A stretch of DNA of 64,000 nucleotides from Candidatus Binatia bacterium (GTDB taxonomy: Bacteria; Desulfobacterota; Binatia; UBA9968; JAJDTQ01): contig OY762897.2 of the NCBI GenBank assembly GCA_963666515.2, positions 2,784,001 to 2,848,000 on the forward strand, in the 5' to 3' direction. The notes beneath the pieces were generated by a model. That model was not told the origin of the DNA and ran no database searches. It worked only from the letters and a program-made list of their open reading frames with translations. Both the position numbers and the translations under genes were made by a program. Of the stretch, positions 27,936 to 37,651 are shown one piece after another (within the stretch, counting starts at the first letter, position 1; each line of letters begins with the position of its first letter).

Positions 27936-27991
27936 CCGCGCACTTCTACCAAGTTTGGCAGGTGCTCGGAACGAACGGCTGGGGAGATTCG

Positions 27992-30900
27992 CTACAATGC
28001 GAAGCGGGCGTTCAGCACGACCTCGTATTCCGGCTCGCCCTCGTGCGGCAGGGTCTGCTCGCCCGACAGGCTCAGTTCGAACCCGTTGTCCGTGTCCAGA
28101 ACCCCGCCCACGCGCACCCGGTGCGACCCGCCGTCCTCCATCCCGAACCCGGCCTGGAGCGTGAACACCCCGCGCCCCTCCAGCAGCGCAGGCAGCCCGT
28201 AGCCCAACTCCGTGTCCAGCCGAGCCCCCCGTCCCGCCTCCGGCCGGGCGCCCTGATCCCACAGGCTCTCCACACCGCTCTCCGGCTCACCCCACGACGG
28301 CGCTACTCGCAATGACAGCCCCAACCGGTCCGACCCAGGATCCAGGACCACAGACCCGCTCGCTCCCCACACCTCGTACCCCTTCACCTCGTGCGCAACC
28401 ATGCCGCGGCCCCGGGCCTCCACCGTCAGCCCACGCGCCACGTCCTCGTAGCGAACCCGAGCGTTCACCTCCAACCCGAAACCCCTCTCCGCGTCCCCAG
28501 CGTCGTGGCGAACTCCCGCCTCCACCGACGGCGTCAGCACTCCTCCACTACCCACGTTGAAACCCCGGCTCCCCTCCAGCAGCAGCCGAAGGTGACGCGT
28601 CTCCGTCCGGGTCTCCTGCAACCGCCCTGCTACCGCGTCCGAGTTCATCCACACGAACATCCCGTCCGCGCGCAACGCCAGCTCCACGCCCCCAGGCGCA
28701 GGCGCCAGCGTCTGCCGCGCGCCCACTCCCGCCATGTTCATCCCCATGTCCGTCCGAACCGTCTCCTCCCCCTCGCCCGGGGCCACCGCGTACTCCCCTT
28801 GGCCGTGACCCACCAGACCCCACACCGACAGCCCCTCCTTCTGCCAGCGCAGGTACGGGTGCGCGCTCGTCAGCGTGCTCCAGGTCTTGCCGCTCTTGCC
28901 GCTCTTGGCATCGTCATACGTGCCCCGACCGTCGTTGTACGCCAGCGCCATCCCCGCAGTCCAAGGACCCCATTCCGCGTCCACACCCAGCGTCATCCCC
29001 ACCACCTCGCCGTCCAGAGACACCGAGCGCTCCCGTCCGTCGAAGCGCGTCGCCGCCCCGCTCCCCCAACTCGTCCACTGCATGCCAGAACCCGAGCCTT
29101 CCTCCGACCCGCCCAGCCGCCAGCGAAACGCGCTGCTCGCCAGCAACTCCCGCGCCGTCATATCCTTCGCTCCAGGGCCGAACCCGGCTGCACCGGACCC
29201 GAACGCTCCGTCCCCCAGAGGCCCCGGCCAGCCCGCTCCCTTCCCTTCCGAAGCGCTCCTTGCCAGGCCCTCCCATTCCCCGGCCTCCGACAGCCCGAAC
29301 GACCCCATCGGCCGCCGGCCCTCGCCATCCTCAGGCTTCTCCGCCGTCACTCCCCCCACCGTCAGGTGTGAGCCCGTCGAGTCCCCGTGCAGCCGCGCGT
29401 CAATCGCCCCCATCACGTGTTCCCCTACCGTCCGTCCGAACCGCGCCAGCCACGCCGTCGGCAACGGATCGTCGTTCGTGATCGTCCCCGTCCCCGCAGG
29501 GTCCGTCAGCTTCCCGTTCACACCGTCGCTCAGCCGCAACTCCATCGTCTCCGAACCCTCGTCGAACTCGTCGTCCAACGTCGCAACCTCGACCGTCTTC
29601 TCCGTCTCCCCAGCCGCAAACGTGAACGTGCCCGAAACCGCAGTGTAGTCCTGTCCTGCATGGGCCGTGCCGTCATGCGTCGCGTACCGAAGGATCACGA
29701 TGTTGTCCGGCACCGCCTGCGCTAGGCTCACCGTGAACACCAGCGGCGAGCCCTCCTCAACGCTCACGTCCGTCACCCGCACCTCGACCCCCTCCCCTTT
29801 TCGGTCGTCGTCCTCAACCGTCCCCGTCGCCTCCGAACCGCTCACCCCCGCAGGCGCCTCCGTCACGCTCACCCTCAACGTGAACGTCTCGTCCCCTTCC
29901 ACCAACCCGTCCTCCACGCTCGACACCGCTATCTCCTGGCTCTCTCCCGCCGTCCCCGCAAACGTCAGCGCCGTCACGTTCTCCGTGTAATCCGTCCCTT
30001 CCAACGCCGTCCCGTCCGCGTAGCTCGGCGTCACCGTCAGACCCCCCACCACCGCGTTCTCCAGCGTCACCGTGAAAACCAACTCCTCCCCTTCCTCCGC
30101 ACGCGCCTCCGAAACCCTCACCACCGTCTCCGTCCCGTCCTCGATCGTCCCCGTCCCCGCCGCCCCCGTCTGTAACCCCCCCGGCCCCTCCGTCAGGTCC
30201 ATGCTCACCGTGAACTCCTCGTTGTACTCCACCACCGCGTCCTCAAGGCTCATCACCTCGAACGTACGGCTCTCTCCCGCCACGCCCGAAAACTCCAGCG
30301 CCGGACGGTTCTCCGTGTAGTCCAACCCTTCCTCCGCACTCCCGTCCGTAAACACCGGCCGCACCGTGAAGCCCGACTGTACCGCATTGTCCAGCGTCAC
30401 CGTGAAAACCAGCGCTTCTCCCTCCTTCGCGCTCGCGTCCGAAATCGTCAGAACCGCCTCGTCGTCGTCCTCGATCACTCCTGCCCCGCTCACAACCTGC
30501 ACCCCCGCAGGAACCTCCGTCGTGTCCAGACCCACCGTGAAGTCCTCGTCGTACTCCACAACACCGTCCTCCAGGCTCATCACCTCGAACCGGTGCGCCT
30601 CTCCCGCCGTCCCCGCAAACTCCAACGCCGGACGGTTCTCCCGGTAGTCCGACCCTTCCTCCGCACTCCCGTCCGTGAACACCGGCCGCACCGTGAAGCC
30701 CGACTGGACCTCGTTGTCCAGCGTCACCGTGAATACCAGCCCTTCTCCCTCCTCCCCACGCGCATCCGATACCGTCAGAACCGCCTCGTCGTCGTCCTCG
30801 ATCACTCCTACCCCCGCTCCTACACGCAAACCCGCAGGAGCACCCGATACCGAAAGCCCCACGTTGAACCACTCCTCGGGCTCCACAACACCGTCCTCAA

Positions 30901-33900
30901 GGCTCGGAACCGTCACCGACCGGCTCTCTCCGGACGTCCCCGAAAACTCCAGCGTCGGTCGGTTCCCCTGGTAGTCCGACCCCTCAACCGCAGTCCCGTC
31001 CATGAAAACCGGCCGCGCCTTGAATCCTCCCGATACCGTGTTGCTCAACGTCATCGTGAACGTCAGTGAATCCCCCTCCTCCGCACGAGCGTTGCTTATC
31101 TTCAACCTCGCCACGTCGTTGTCCACGATCAATCCCAAAGCCGAATCCGGCACCCCGCTCACACGTGTGTCCGATACCTCGAAGCTCACCGTCACCGTCT
31201 CCTCGTGCTCCACCACACGGTCGTCGATGGTCGTGACCGTGAACGTCTGCTGCTCCCCAGCCGTGCCCGCGAACACCAGCAGCGACGGACTCAACTCCGT
31301 CTTGTAGTCCTGCCCCGACGTCGCCGTCCCCCCGGTGATCACCGGCGTCACCTCGAACCCGTTCTTCACCCCGTTGTTCAGCGTCACCGTGAACGTCAGC
31401 GCCTCCCCCTCCACCGCCTCGGCGTCCGCAAAGGTCGCCGCCGCCGAAATGTCGAAATCGTCGTCCTCCAGCGTCACGCTGGTCCCGTTGACCGTCAGGC
31501 CGGTGGACGTGCCCGCTACCGTGATCGCCTCGTCACCCTCGATCTCCGTGTCGTTCGTCGGGGTCAGCGTGAACGTCCCCGTCCCGCTCGTCTCCCCCGC
31601 GGTGATGGTGATGGTGATGTCGCTCACCGCCGTGTAGTCCGTGCCCGAATCAGCGCTGTCGCCGCTCTCGCCCACGCTCACCGTCACCGTCCGATCCGTC
31701 TTGAACGTGTCCCCGTCGGTCTCGGCCGTCACCGTCACCGCCGTCGCCCCGGCGTTCTCATCCACGCTCGCCGGATTCGCAGTCAGCGTCAGGTCGGTGC
31801 TGTCGTCGTCGGTGATCGTCCCGGTGCCGGAAACCCCCGTCACCCCGCTCACCCCGGTGGACAGCCCGGAAATGGCCGGCGCCACCGTGAAGGTCTCGGC
31901 GCCCTCCACCACCGCGTCTTCCGTGGTCGAGACCGTGAACGTCTTCTTCTCCCCCGCCGTGCCCGTGAAGGTCAGCGCGGCCGTGTTCTCGTCGTAGTCC
32001 GTGCCCTCCACCGCGGTTCCGTCCGTGAAATCCGGCGTCACCGTCAGACCGCCCTGCACCGCCGCGGACAGCGTCACCGTGAACGTCATGCTCGCGCCTT
32101 CGGTGGCGCCGGCGTCGTTCACCGTCACGGTCGCGCCGTCGTCGTTGTTGATCGTGCCCGTGCCCGTGTCGGTGGCCGTGATCCCGCTCGGCGCGTTCGA
32201 CACACTCAGGCTCACCGTGAAGGTCTCGTTGGCTTCAATCACATCGTCTTCGGTGGTCGAGACCGTAAAGCTCTGGGTCTCGTTGGCCGTGCCGGTGAAC
32301 GTCAGCGCGGCCGTGTTCTCGTCGTAGTCCGTGCCCTCGACGGCGGTTCCGTCCGTGAAACCCGGCGTCACCGTCAGCCCGCCCTGCACCGCCGCGGACA
32401 GCGTCACCGTGAACGTCATGCTCGCGCCTTCGGTGGCACTGGCGTCGTTCACCGTCACGGTCGCGCCGTCGTCGTTGTTGATCGTGCCCGTGCCCGTGTC
32501 GGTGGCCGTGATCCCGTTCGGCGCGTTCGACACACTCAGGCTCACCGTGAAGGTCTCGTTGGCTTCAATCACCGCGTCTTCGGTAGTCGAGACCGTAAAG
32601 CTCTGGGTCTCGTTGGCCGTGCCGGTGAACGTCAGCGCGGCCGTGTTCTCGTCGTAGTCCGTGCCCTCGACGGCGGTTCCGTCCGTGAAACCCGGCGTCA
32701 CCGTCAGCCCGCCCTGCACCGCCGTGTCCAGCGTGACGGTGAAGGAGATGTTGTCGCCCTCGTCGGCGTTGGCATCGGCGATGGTCACCGTCGCGCTGTC
32801 GTCGTTGTTGATCGTGCCCGTGCCCGTGTCGGTGGATGTCACGCCGGAGGGCGCGTCGGAGACCGTCAGGCCCACCGTGAAGGTCTCGTTGGCTTCAGTC
32901 ACATCGTCTTCGGTGGTCGAGACCGTGAAGCTCCGGGTCTCGTTGGCCGTGCCGGTGAACGTCAGCGTGGCCGTGTTCGTCGTGTAATCGGCGTCCGCGG
33001 TGGTCACGTTGGTATAGCTCGGCGTCACCTTCAGGCCGCCTTGCACCGCCTTGCCCAGCGTCACCGTGAAGGTCATGCTGCTGCCTTCGGACGCGCTGGC
33101 GTCGTTCACCGTCACCGTCGCGCCGTCGTCGTTGTTGATCGTGCCCGTGCCCGTGTCGGTGGCCGTGACCCCGCTCGGCGCGTTCGACACACTCAGGCCC
33201 ACCGTGAAGGTCTCGTTGGCTTCAATCACCGCGTCTTCGGTGGTCGAGACCGTGAAGCTCTGGGTCTCGTTGGCCGTGCCGGTGAACGTCAGCGCGGCCG
33301 TGTTCTCGTCGTAGTCCGTGCCCTCGACGGCGGTTCCGTCCGTGAAATCCGGCGTCACCGTCAGCCCGCCCTGCACCGCCGTGTCCAGCGTGACGGTGAA
33401 GGAGATGCCGTCGCCCTCGTCGGCGTTGGCATCGGCGATGGTCACCGTCGCGCTGTCGTCGTTGTTGATCGTGCCCGTGCCCGTGTCGGTGGATGTCACG
33501 CCGGAGGGCGCGTCGGAGACGCTCAACCCCACGGTGAAGGTCTCGGTGGCTTCAACCACTTCGTCGTCAACGGTCGATACCGTGAAGGTATGGGTCTCGT
33601 TGGCCGTGCCGGTGAAGGTCAGCGCCGCCGTGTTCGCCGTGTAATCGGCGTCCGCGGCGGTCACGTTGGTATAGCTCGGTGTCACCTTCAGCCCGCCCTG
33701 CACCGCCTTGGAGAGCGTCACCGTGAAGGTCATGCTGCCGCCCTCGGCCGCGCTGGCGTCGTTGACCGTCACCGTGGCGCTGTCGTCGTCGGTCAGCGTC
33801 AGCGTCGTCCCGGTCACCGTCAGGTCCGTCGCCGTGCCGGCCACGCCGACCGTCTCGCCGCCCTCGACTACCGTGTCCGAGGTCGGCGTCAGGGTGAACG

Positions 33901-36900
33901 TCGCCGTGCCGCTCTTCTGGCCCTTGGCGATGGTCACGTCGAAGCCCGTCACCGCCGCGTAGTCCGTGCCGGAGGTGGCCGTGCCGCTGCCGCCCACCGA
34001 GACCGTCACCGTCGTGTCCGACGCATAGGTGCTGCTGTTGGAGAACTCCGCCGTCACCGTCACCGATGTCCCCGACGCGCCCTCGCCGACGCTCGACGGG
34101 TTCAGCGACAGGCTCACGGACGGCACGCTGTCGTCGTCCGTAATCGTCACGGTCGCCGCCGTCACCGTCGAGTTCGAGATGGTCGCGTCCACGATGACCG
34201 TCTCGTCGCCCTCCACCAGGGTGTCCTGCGTGGGGGTGAGGGTGAACGTGCCCGTCCCGCTCGTCGCGTTCGCCGCGATCGTGATCGTGAAGTCAGACAC
34301 CGCCGCGTAGTCCACGCCGGAGGTGGCCGTGCCGCTGTCGCCCACCGAGACCGTCACCGTCCGCGCCGACGTAATCGACGACGCCGATGTCGCCGTCACC
34401 GTCACCGACGTCGCCCCCGCTCCCTCGCTCACGGTCACGTTGGACTGCGCCACCGTCAGTGCCACCGAGGGATGGTCGTCGTTCGTGATCGTCCCGGTCG
34501 CCGTATCGGTCGCCGTCACGGACGCCGCGGTATCGGAGACGGACAGGCTCACCGTAAAGGTTTCGTCCGCCTCCAGAGCCTTGTCCTCGGTGGTCGCCAC
34601 GGTGAAGGTCTGCGTCTCGTTCGCCGTGCCGGAGAAGGTGAGGCCGGTGGTGTTCTCGGTGTAGTCCGTGCCCTCGGTGGCCGTGCCGTCGGAGAAGCTC
34701 GGCGTCACCGTCAACCCGCCGGGCACCGACTTGTCCAGCGTCACCGTGAAGGAGATGGAGTCGCCCTCGGAGGCCGAGGCGTCGGCAATCGTCACCGCCG
34801 CGCTGCCGTCGTCGTTGGTGATCGTCCCGGTCGCCGTATCGCTCGCCGTGACGGACGCCGAGGTATCCGAGACGGTCAGGCTCACCGTGAAGGTCTCGTC
34901 CGGCTCGACGTGGGCGTCCTCGGTGGTCGCCACGGTGAAGGTCTGCGTCTCGTTCGCCGTGCCGGAGAAGGTGAGGCCGGTGGTGTTCTCGGTGTAGTCC
35001 GTGCCCTCGGTGGCCGTGCCGCCGGAGAAGCTCGGCGTCACCGTCAACCCGCCCGACACCGCCGTGTCCAGCGTCACGGTGAAGGAGATGGAATCGCCCT
35101 CGGAGGCCGAGGCGTCGGCAATCGTCACCTCCGCGCTGTCGTTGTCGGTCAGGGTCACGGTCGCCGCCGTCACCGTCGAGTTCGCGCTCGTCCCCGCCAC
35201 GCCGATCGTCTCGCTGCCCTCGGCCACGGAGTCGTCCGTCGGCGTCAGCGTGAACGTTCCGGTTCCGCTCGTCGCGTCGGCGGCGATGGTGATCGTGAAG
35301 TCAGTCACCGCCGCGTAGTCCGTTCCGGAGGCGGCCGTGCCGCTGCCGCCCACCGAGACCCTCACCGTCCGCGCCGCCGTATGCGCCGACGCTGCCGTCG
35401 CCGTGACCGTCACCGATGTCCCCGAGGCTCCCTCGCTCACGCTCGAAGGGGCCGCCGAGAGGGTCACCGCCGGAAGGTCGTCGTTCGTGATCGTCCCGGT
35501 CGCCGTATCGGTCGCCGTCAAAGCCGACGGGGAGTCGGAGACGGTGAGGCTCACCGTGAAGGTCTCGTCCGCCTCGCGATCCGTATCCTCGGTGGTCGTC
35601 ACGGTCAGGGTCTGCGTCTCGCCCGCCGTGCCGGTGAAGTTGATCTTCTCTTCGGTCTCGGTGTAGTCCGTGCCCCCGGTGGCCGTGACGTCGGTGAAGC
35701 TCGGCGTCAACGTCGCCCCGCCCGACACCGCCCTGTCCAGTGTCAGCGTGAAAGAGATGGAGTCACCCTCGGAGGCCGAGGCGTCGGCGATCGTCACCGT
35801 CCCGCTGTCGTTGTCGTCCAGCGTCACGTTCGCGTCCGTCACCGTCAGGCTGGTGCCCTGGCCCCACACGTTGATCGTCTCGTCGTGCTCCACGATCGCG
35901 TCGTCCGTCGGCGTGAGGGTGAACGTGCCGGTTCCGGTCGTCGCGTTCGCCGCGATCGTGATAGAAAAGTTCCCGACGGCGGCATAGTCCGTGTTCCACG
36001 TCGCGCTGCCGCCGCTCACCGAGACCTGCACCGTCCGCAACGACGAAATCGCCGTCGCCGTCGCCGTCACGGTAATCGAGGTCGCGCCGGCGTCTTCGTC
36101 CACCTCCGAAGGGTTCACCGACAGGGTCACCGAGTAGGTGTCGTCGTCGTCCAGCGTCACCGTGGTCCCGGTCACGGTCGCCAGCGAGGTGGTCCCGGCC
36201 ACGCCGATGGTCTCGTCGCCCTCCACCGTGGTATCGTCCGTTGGCGTCAGTGTGAACGTGCCGGTTCCGGTCGTCGCGTTGGCGGCGATGGTGATGTCGA
36301 AGTTCGACACCGCCGTGTAGTCGGTGCCCGAAGTCGCCGTGCCGCTGCCGCCCACCGATACCGTCACCGTCCGCGCCGCCGTATGCGCCGCCGCCGCCGT
36401 CGCCGTCACCGTCACCGACGTCGCGCCGTCGTCCTCGTCCACCTCCGAAGGGTTCACCGACAGGGTCACCGCCGGCAGGTCGTTGTCGGTCAGCGTCACG
36501 GTGGTTCCCGTCACCTGCGTGCTCGTGCTGGTCCCCGACACCCCGATGGTCTCGTCGCCTTCCACGGACGTGTCGTCCGTCGGCGTCAGCGTGAACGTGC
36601 CGGTTCCGGTCGTCGCGTTGGCGGCGATGGTGATGTCGAAGTCCGCCACGGCCGAGTAGTCCGTGCCCGAGGTCGCCGTGCCGCTGCCGCCCACCGAGAC
36701 CGTCACCGTCCGCGCCGCCGTGATGGACGACGCCGACGTCGCCGTGACCGTCACCGACGTTGCCGACGCGCCCTCGCTCACGCTCGAAGGGGCCGCCGAC
36801 AGCGTCACCGCCGGGTAGAAGTCGTTGTCGGTCAGCGTGATCGTCGCGGTTTCCGACCTGCCGCCCGACGCCGTGGCGGTCACGGTGATCGTCTCGTTGC

Positions 36901-37324
36901 CCTCGATCAGGCTGTCGTCCGTGGGCGTCAGCGTGAACGAGCCGGTGCCGTAGGCGGCGTGTTCCGCGATGCTGATGTCGAAGTTCGTCACCGCCGCGTA
37001 GTCGGTGCCGGAGGTTGCCGAGCCGCCGCCCACCGAAATCGTTGCGGTGATGGGGTAAGTCGTTATGTTGAACCGGTTGACGGTCACGTTAATGGTCTTC
37101 GCCCCGCCGTTCTCGGTCACGTTCGACGGGCTTACGCTGAGCGAGATGACTTGATTCTGCGCACCCGCCTCCGGGGGCGACAGCATCAGGAAGGCCGCCG
37201 CGAGCAGGCAAGCCATCGCCGTGCCGGCGCGCGCCCTGGCCCAGGCATGCAAAGCCCCCGGGAGCTTGCGGCGCGGTGACCGACCGGCAAGCCTTGCGAC
37301 GCCTGTCAAAAATCCAAGACGCAT
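27992..37324 (-). CDS. Giant Calx-beta repeat surface protein with C-terminal autotransporter-like beta-barrel (paralog 2, 3110 aa)
   Basis: RBS AAGGAG; extended signal peptide (EAGA|Q); Calx-beta-like repeats; C-terminal ~1270 aa nearly identical to paralog 1. Confidence 0.88.
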   Translation of the reverse strand: MRLGFLTGVARLAGRSPRRKLPGALHAWARARAGTAMACLLAAAFLMLSPPEAGAQNQVISLSVSPSNVTENGGAKTINVTVNRFNITTYPITATISVGGGSATSGTDYAAVTNFDISIAEHAAYGTGSFTLTPTDDSLIEGNETITVTATASGGRSETATITLTDNDFYPAVTLSAAPSSVSEGASATSVTVTATSASSITAARTVTVSVGGSGTATSGTDYSAVADFDITIAANATTGTGTFTLTPTDDTSVEGDETIGVSGTSTSTQVTGTTVTLTDNDLPAVTLSVNPSEVDEDDGATSVTVTATAAAAHTAARTVTVSVGGSGTATSGTDYTAVSNFDITIAANATTGTGTFTLTPTDDTTVEGDETIGVAGTTSLATVTGTTVTLDDDDTYSVTLSVNPSEVDEDAGATSITVTATATAISSLRTVQVSVSGGSATWNTDYAAVGNFSITIAANATTGTGTFTLTPTDDAIVEHDETINVWGQGTSLTVTDANVTLDDNDSGTVTIADASASEGDSISFTLTLDRAVSGGATLTPSFTDVTATGGTDYTETEEKINFTGTAGETQTLTVTTTEDTDREADETFTVSLTVSDSPSALTATDTATGTITNDDLPAVTLSAAPSSVSEGASGTSVTVTATAASAHTAARTVRVSVGGSGTAASGTDYAAVTDFTITIAADATSGTGTFTLTPTDDSVAEGSETIGVAGTSANSTVTAATVTLTDNDSAEVTIADASASEGDSISFTVTLDTAVSGGLTVTPSFSGGTATEGTDYTENTTGLTFSGTANETQTFTVATTEDAHVEPDETFTVSLTVSDTSASVTASDTATGTITNDDGSAAVTIADASASEGDSISFTVTLDKSVPGGLTVTPSFSDGTATEGTDYTENTTGLTFSGTANETQTFTVATTEDKALEADETFTVSLSVSDTAASVTATDTATGTITNDDHPSVALTVAQSNVTVSEGAGATSVTVTATSASSITSARTVTVSVGDSGTATSGVDYAAVSDFTITIAANATSGTGTFTLTPTQDTLVEGDETVIVDATISNSTVTAATVTITDDDSVPSVSLSLNPSSVGEGASGTSVTVTAEFSNSSTYASDTTVTVSVGGSGTATSGTDYAAVTGFDVTIAKGQKSGTATFTLTPTSDTVVEGGETVGVAGTATDLTVTGTTLTLTDDDSATVTVNDASAAEGGSMTFTVTLSKAVQGGLKVTPSYTNVTAADADYTANTAALTFTGTANETHTFTVSTVDDEVVEATETFTVGLSVSDAPSGVTSTDTGTGTINNDDSATVTIADANADEGDGISFTVTLDTAVQGGLTVTPDFTDGTAVEGTDYDENTAALTFTGTANETQSFTVSTTEDAVIEANETFTVGLSVSNAPSGVTATDTGTGTINNDDGATVTVNDASASEGSSMTFTVTLGKAVQGGLKVTPSYTNVTTADADYTTNTATLTFTGTANETRSFTVSTTEDDVTEANETFTVGLTVSDAPSGVTSTDTGTGTINNDDSATVTIADANADEGDNISFTVTLDTAVQGGLTVTPGFTDGTAVEGTDYDENTAALTFTGTANETQSFTVSTTEDAVIEANETFTVSLSVSNAPNGITATDTGTGTINNDDGATVTVNDASATEGASMTFTVTLSAAVQGGLTVTPGFTDGTAVEGTDYDENTAALTFTGTANETQSFTVSTTEDDVIEANETFTVSLSVSNAPSGITATDTGTGTINNDDGATVTVNDAGATEGASMTFTVTLSAAVQGGLTVTPDFTDGTAVEGTDYDENTAALTFTGTAGEKKTFTVSTTEDAVVEGAETFTVAPAISGLSTGVSGVTGVSGTGTITDDDSTDLTLTANPASVDENAGATAVTVTAETDGDTFKTDRTVTVSVGESGDSADSGTDYTAVSDITITITAGETSGTGTFTLTPTNDTEIEGDEAITVAGTSTGLTVNGTSVTLEDDDFDISAAATFADAEAVEGEALTFTVTLNNGVKNGFEVTPVITGGTATSGQDYKTELSPSLLVFAGTAGEQQTFTVTTIDDRVVEHEETVTVSFEVSDTRVSGVPDSALGLIVDNDVARLKISNARAEEGDSLTFTMTLSNTVSGGFKARPVFMDGTAVEGSDYQGNRPTLEFSGTSGESRSVTVPSLEDGVVEPEEWFNVGLSVSGAPAGLRVGAGVGVIEDDDEAVLTVSDARGEEGEGLVFTVTLDNEVQSGFTVRPVFTDGSAEEGSDYRENRPALEFAGTAGEAHRFEVMSLEDGVVEYDEDFTVGLDTTEVPAGVQVVSGAGVIEDDDEAVLTISDASAKEGEALVFTVTLDNAVQSGFTVRPVFTDGSAEEGLDYTENRPALEFSGVAGESRTFEVMSLEDAVVEYNEEFTVSMDLTEGPGGLQTGAAGTGTIEDGTETVVRVSEARAEEGEELVFTVTLENAVVGGLTVTPSYADGTALEGTDYTENVTALTFAGTAGESQEIAVSSVEDGLVEGDETFTLRVSVTEAPAGVSGSEATGTVEDDDRKGEGVEVRVTDVSVEEGSPLVFTVSLAQAVPDNIVILRYATHDGTAHAGQDYTAVSGTFTFAAGETEKTVEVATLDDEFDEGSETMELRLSDGVNGKLTDPAGTGTITNDDPLPTAWLARFGRTVGEHVMGAIDARLHGDSTGSHLTVGGVTAEKPEDGEGRRPMGSFGLSEAGEWEGLARSASEGKGAGWPGPLGDGAFGSGAAGFGPGAKDMTARELLASSAFRWRLGGSEEGSGSGMQWTSWGSGAATRFDGRERSVSLDGEVVGMTLGVDAEWGPWTAGMALAYNDGRGTYDDAKSGKSGKTWSTLTSAHPYLRWQKEGLSVWGLVGHGQGEYAVAPGEGEETVRTDMGMNMAGVGARQTLAPAPGGVELALRADGMFVWMNSDAVAGRLQETRTETRHLRLLLEGSRGFNVGSGGVLTPSVEAGVRHDAGDAERGFGLEVNARVRYEDVARGLTVEARGRGMVAHEVKGYEVWGASGSVVLDPGSDRLGLSLRVAPSWGEPESGVESLWDQGARPEAGRGARLDTELGYGLPALLEGRGVFTLQAGFGMEDGGSHRVRVGGVLDTDNGFELSLSGEQTLPHEGEPEYEVVLNARFAL

Positions 37325-37427
37325 TGCCTAACTCCTTGTTACGCAATCGGCTCCAGGTGAAGGAGTTGCTGCCCGACCGCCTGCCGGACTTGAGTGTAAT
37401 TAGCATGTACAATCGCATAACTAGTAA

Positions 37428-37650
37428 AGCAATTTCCGCGCCAAAGTGCATCAAATCACATAACCTATTGATATTAAAAGACTTTTACCGATTGCGTGAA
37501 TCGAGCGCACCCACCCCTATGTCGCAGAATGAGACGCACATACCCCCGTCCGACACCGGGGTCGGGACACATTTCTGCTTTAATTTCAGTTAGTTATCTG
37601 CTTTCAGGGAAGAGAGTCGCAATTTGCGACAAGATTCGCATTATGCGACA
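37428..37650 (-). promoter_or_regulatory. sigma54 promoter with IHF site and enhancer-type inverted repeats (paralog 2)
   Basis: Minus strand TGGCGCG-GAAA-TTGCT (37443-37428); identical IHF site TATCAATAGGTTA (37473-37461); TGTCGCAGAATGAGAC (37520); GTCGCAATTTGCGAC (37616-37630); TCGCATTATGCGA (37636-37648). Confidence 0.78.
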
Positions 37651-37651
37651 C

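Noticed and set aside
31205-37279. 2024-aa antisense ORF (and similar ones at 20985-23009, 44532-49346, 53045-58036, 58478-61396)
   Set aside because: Arg/Gly/His-rich shadow frames produced by GC-biased codon usage and tandem repeats of the real giant genes; no domain signal.
37089-37454. 121-aa ORF upstream of paralog 2
   Set aside because: Spans the promoter and a frameshifted remnant of paralog 1 sequence, and overlaps the real gene out of frame.
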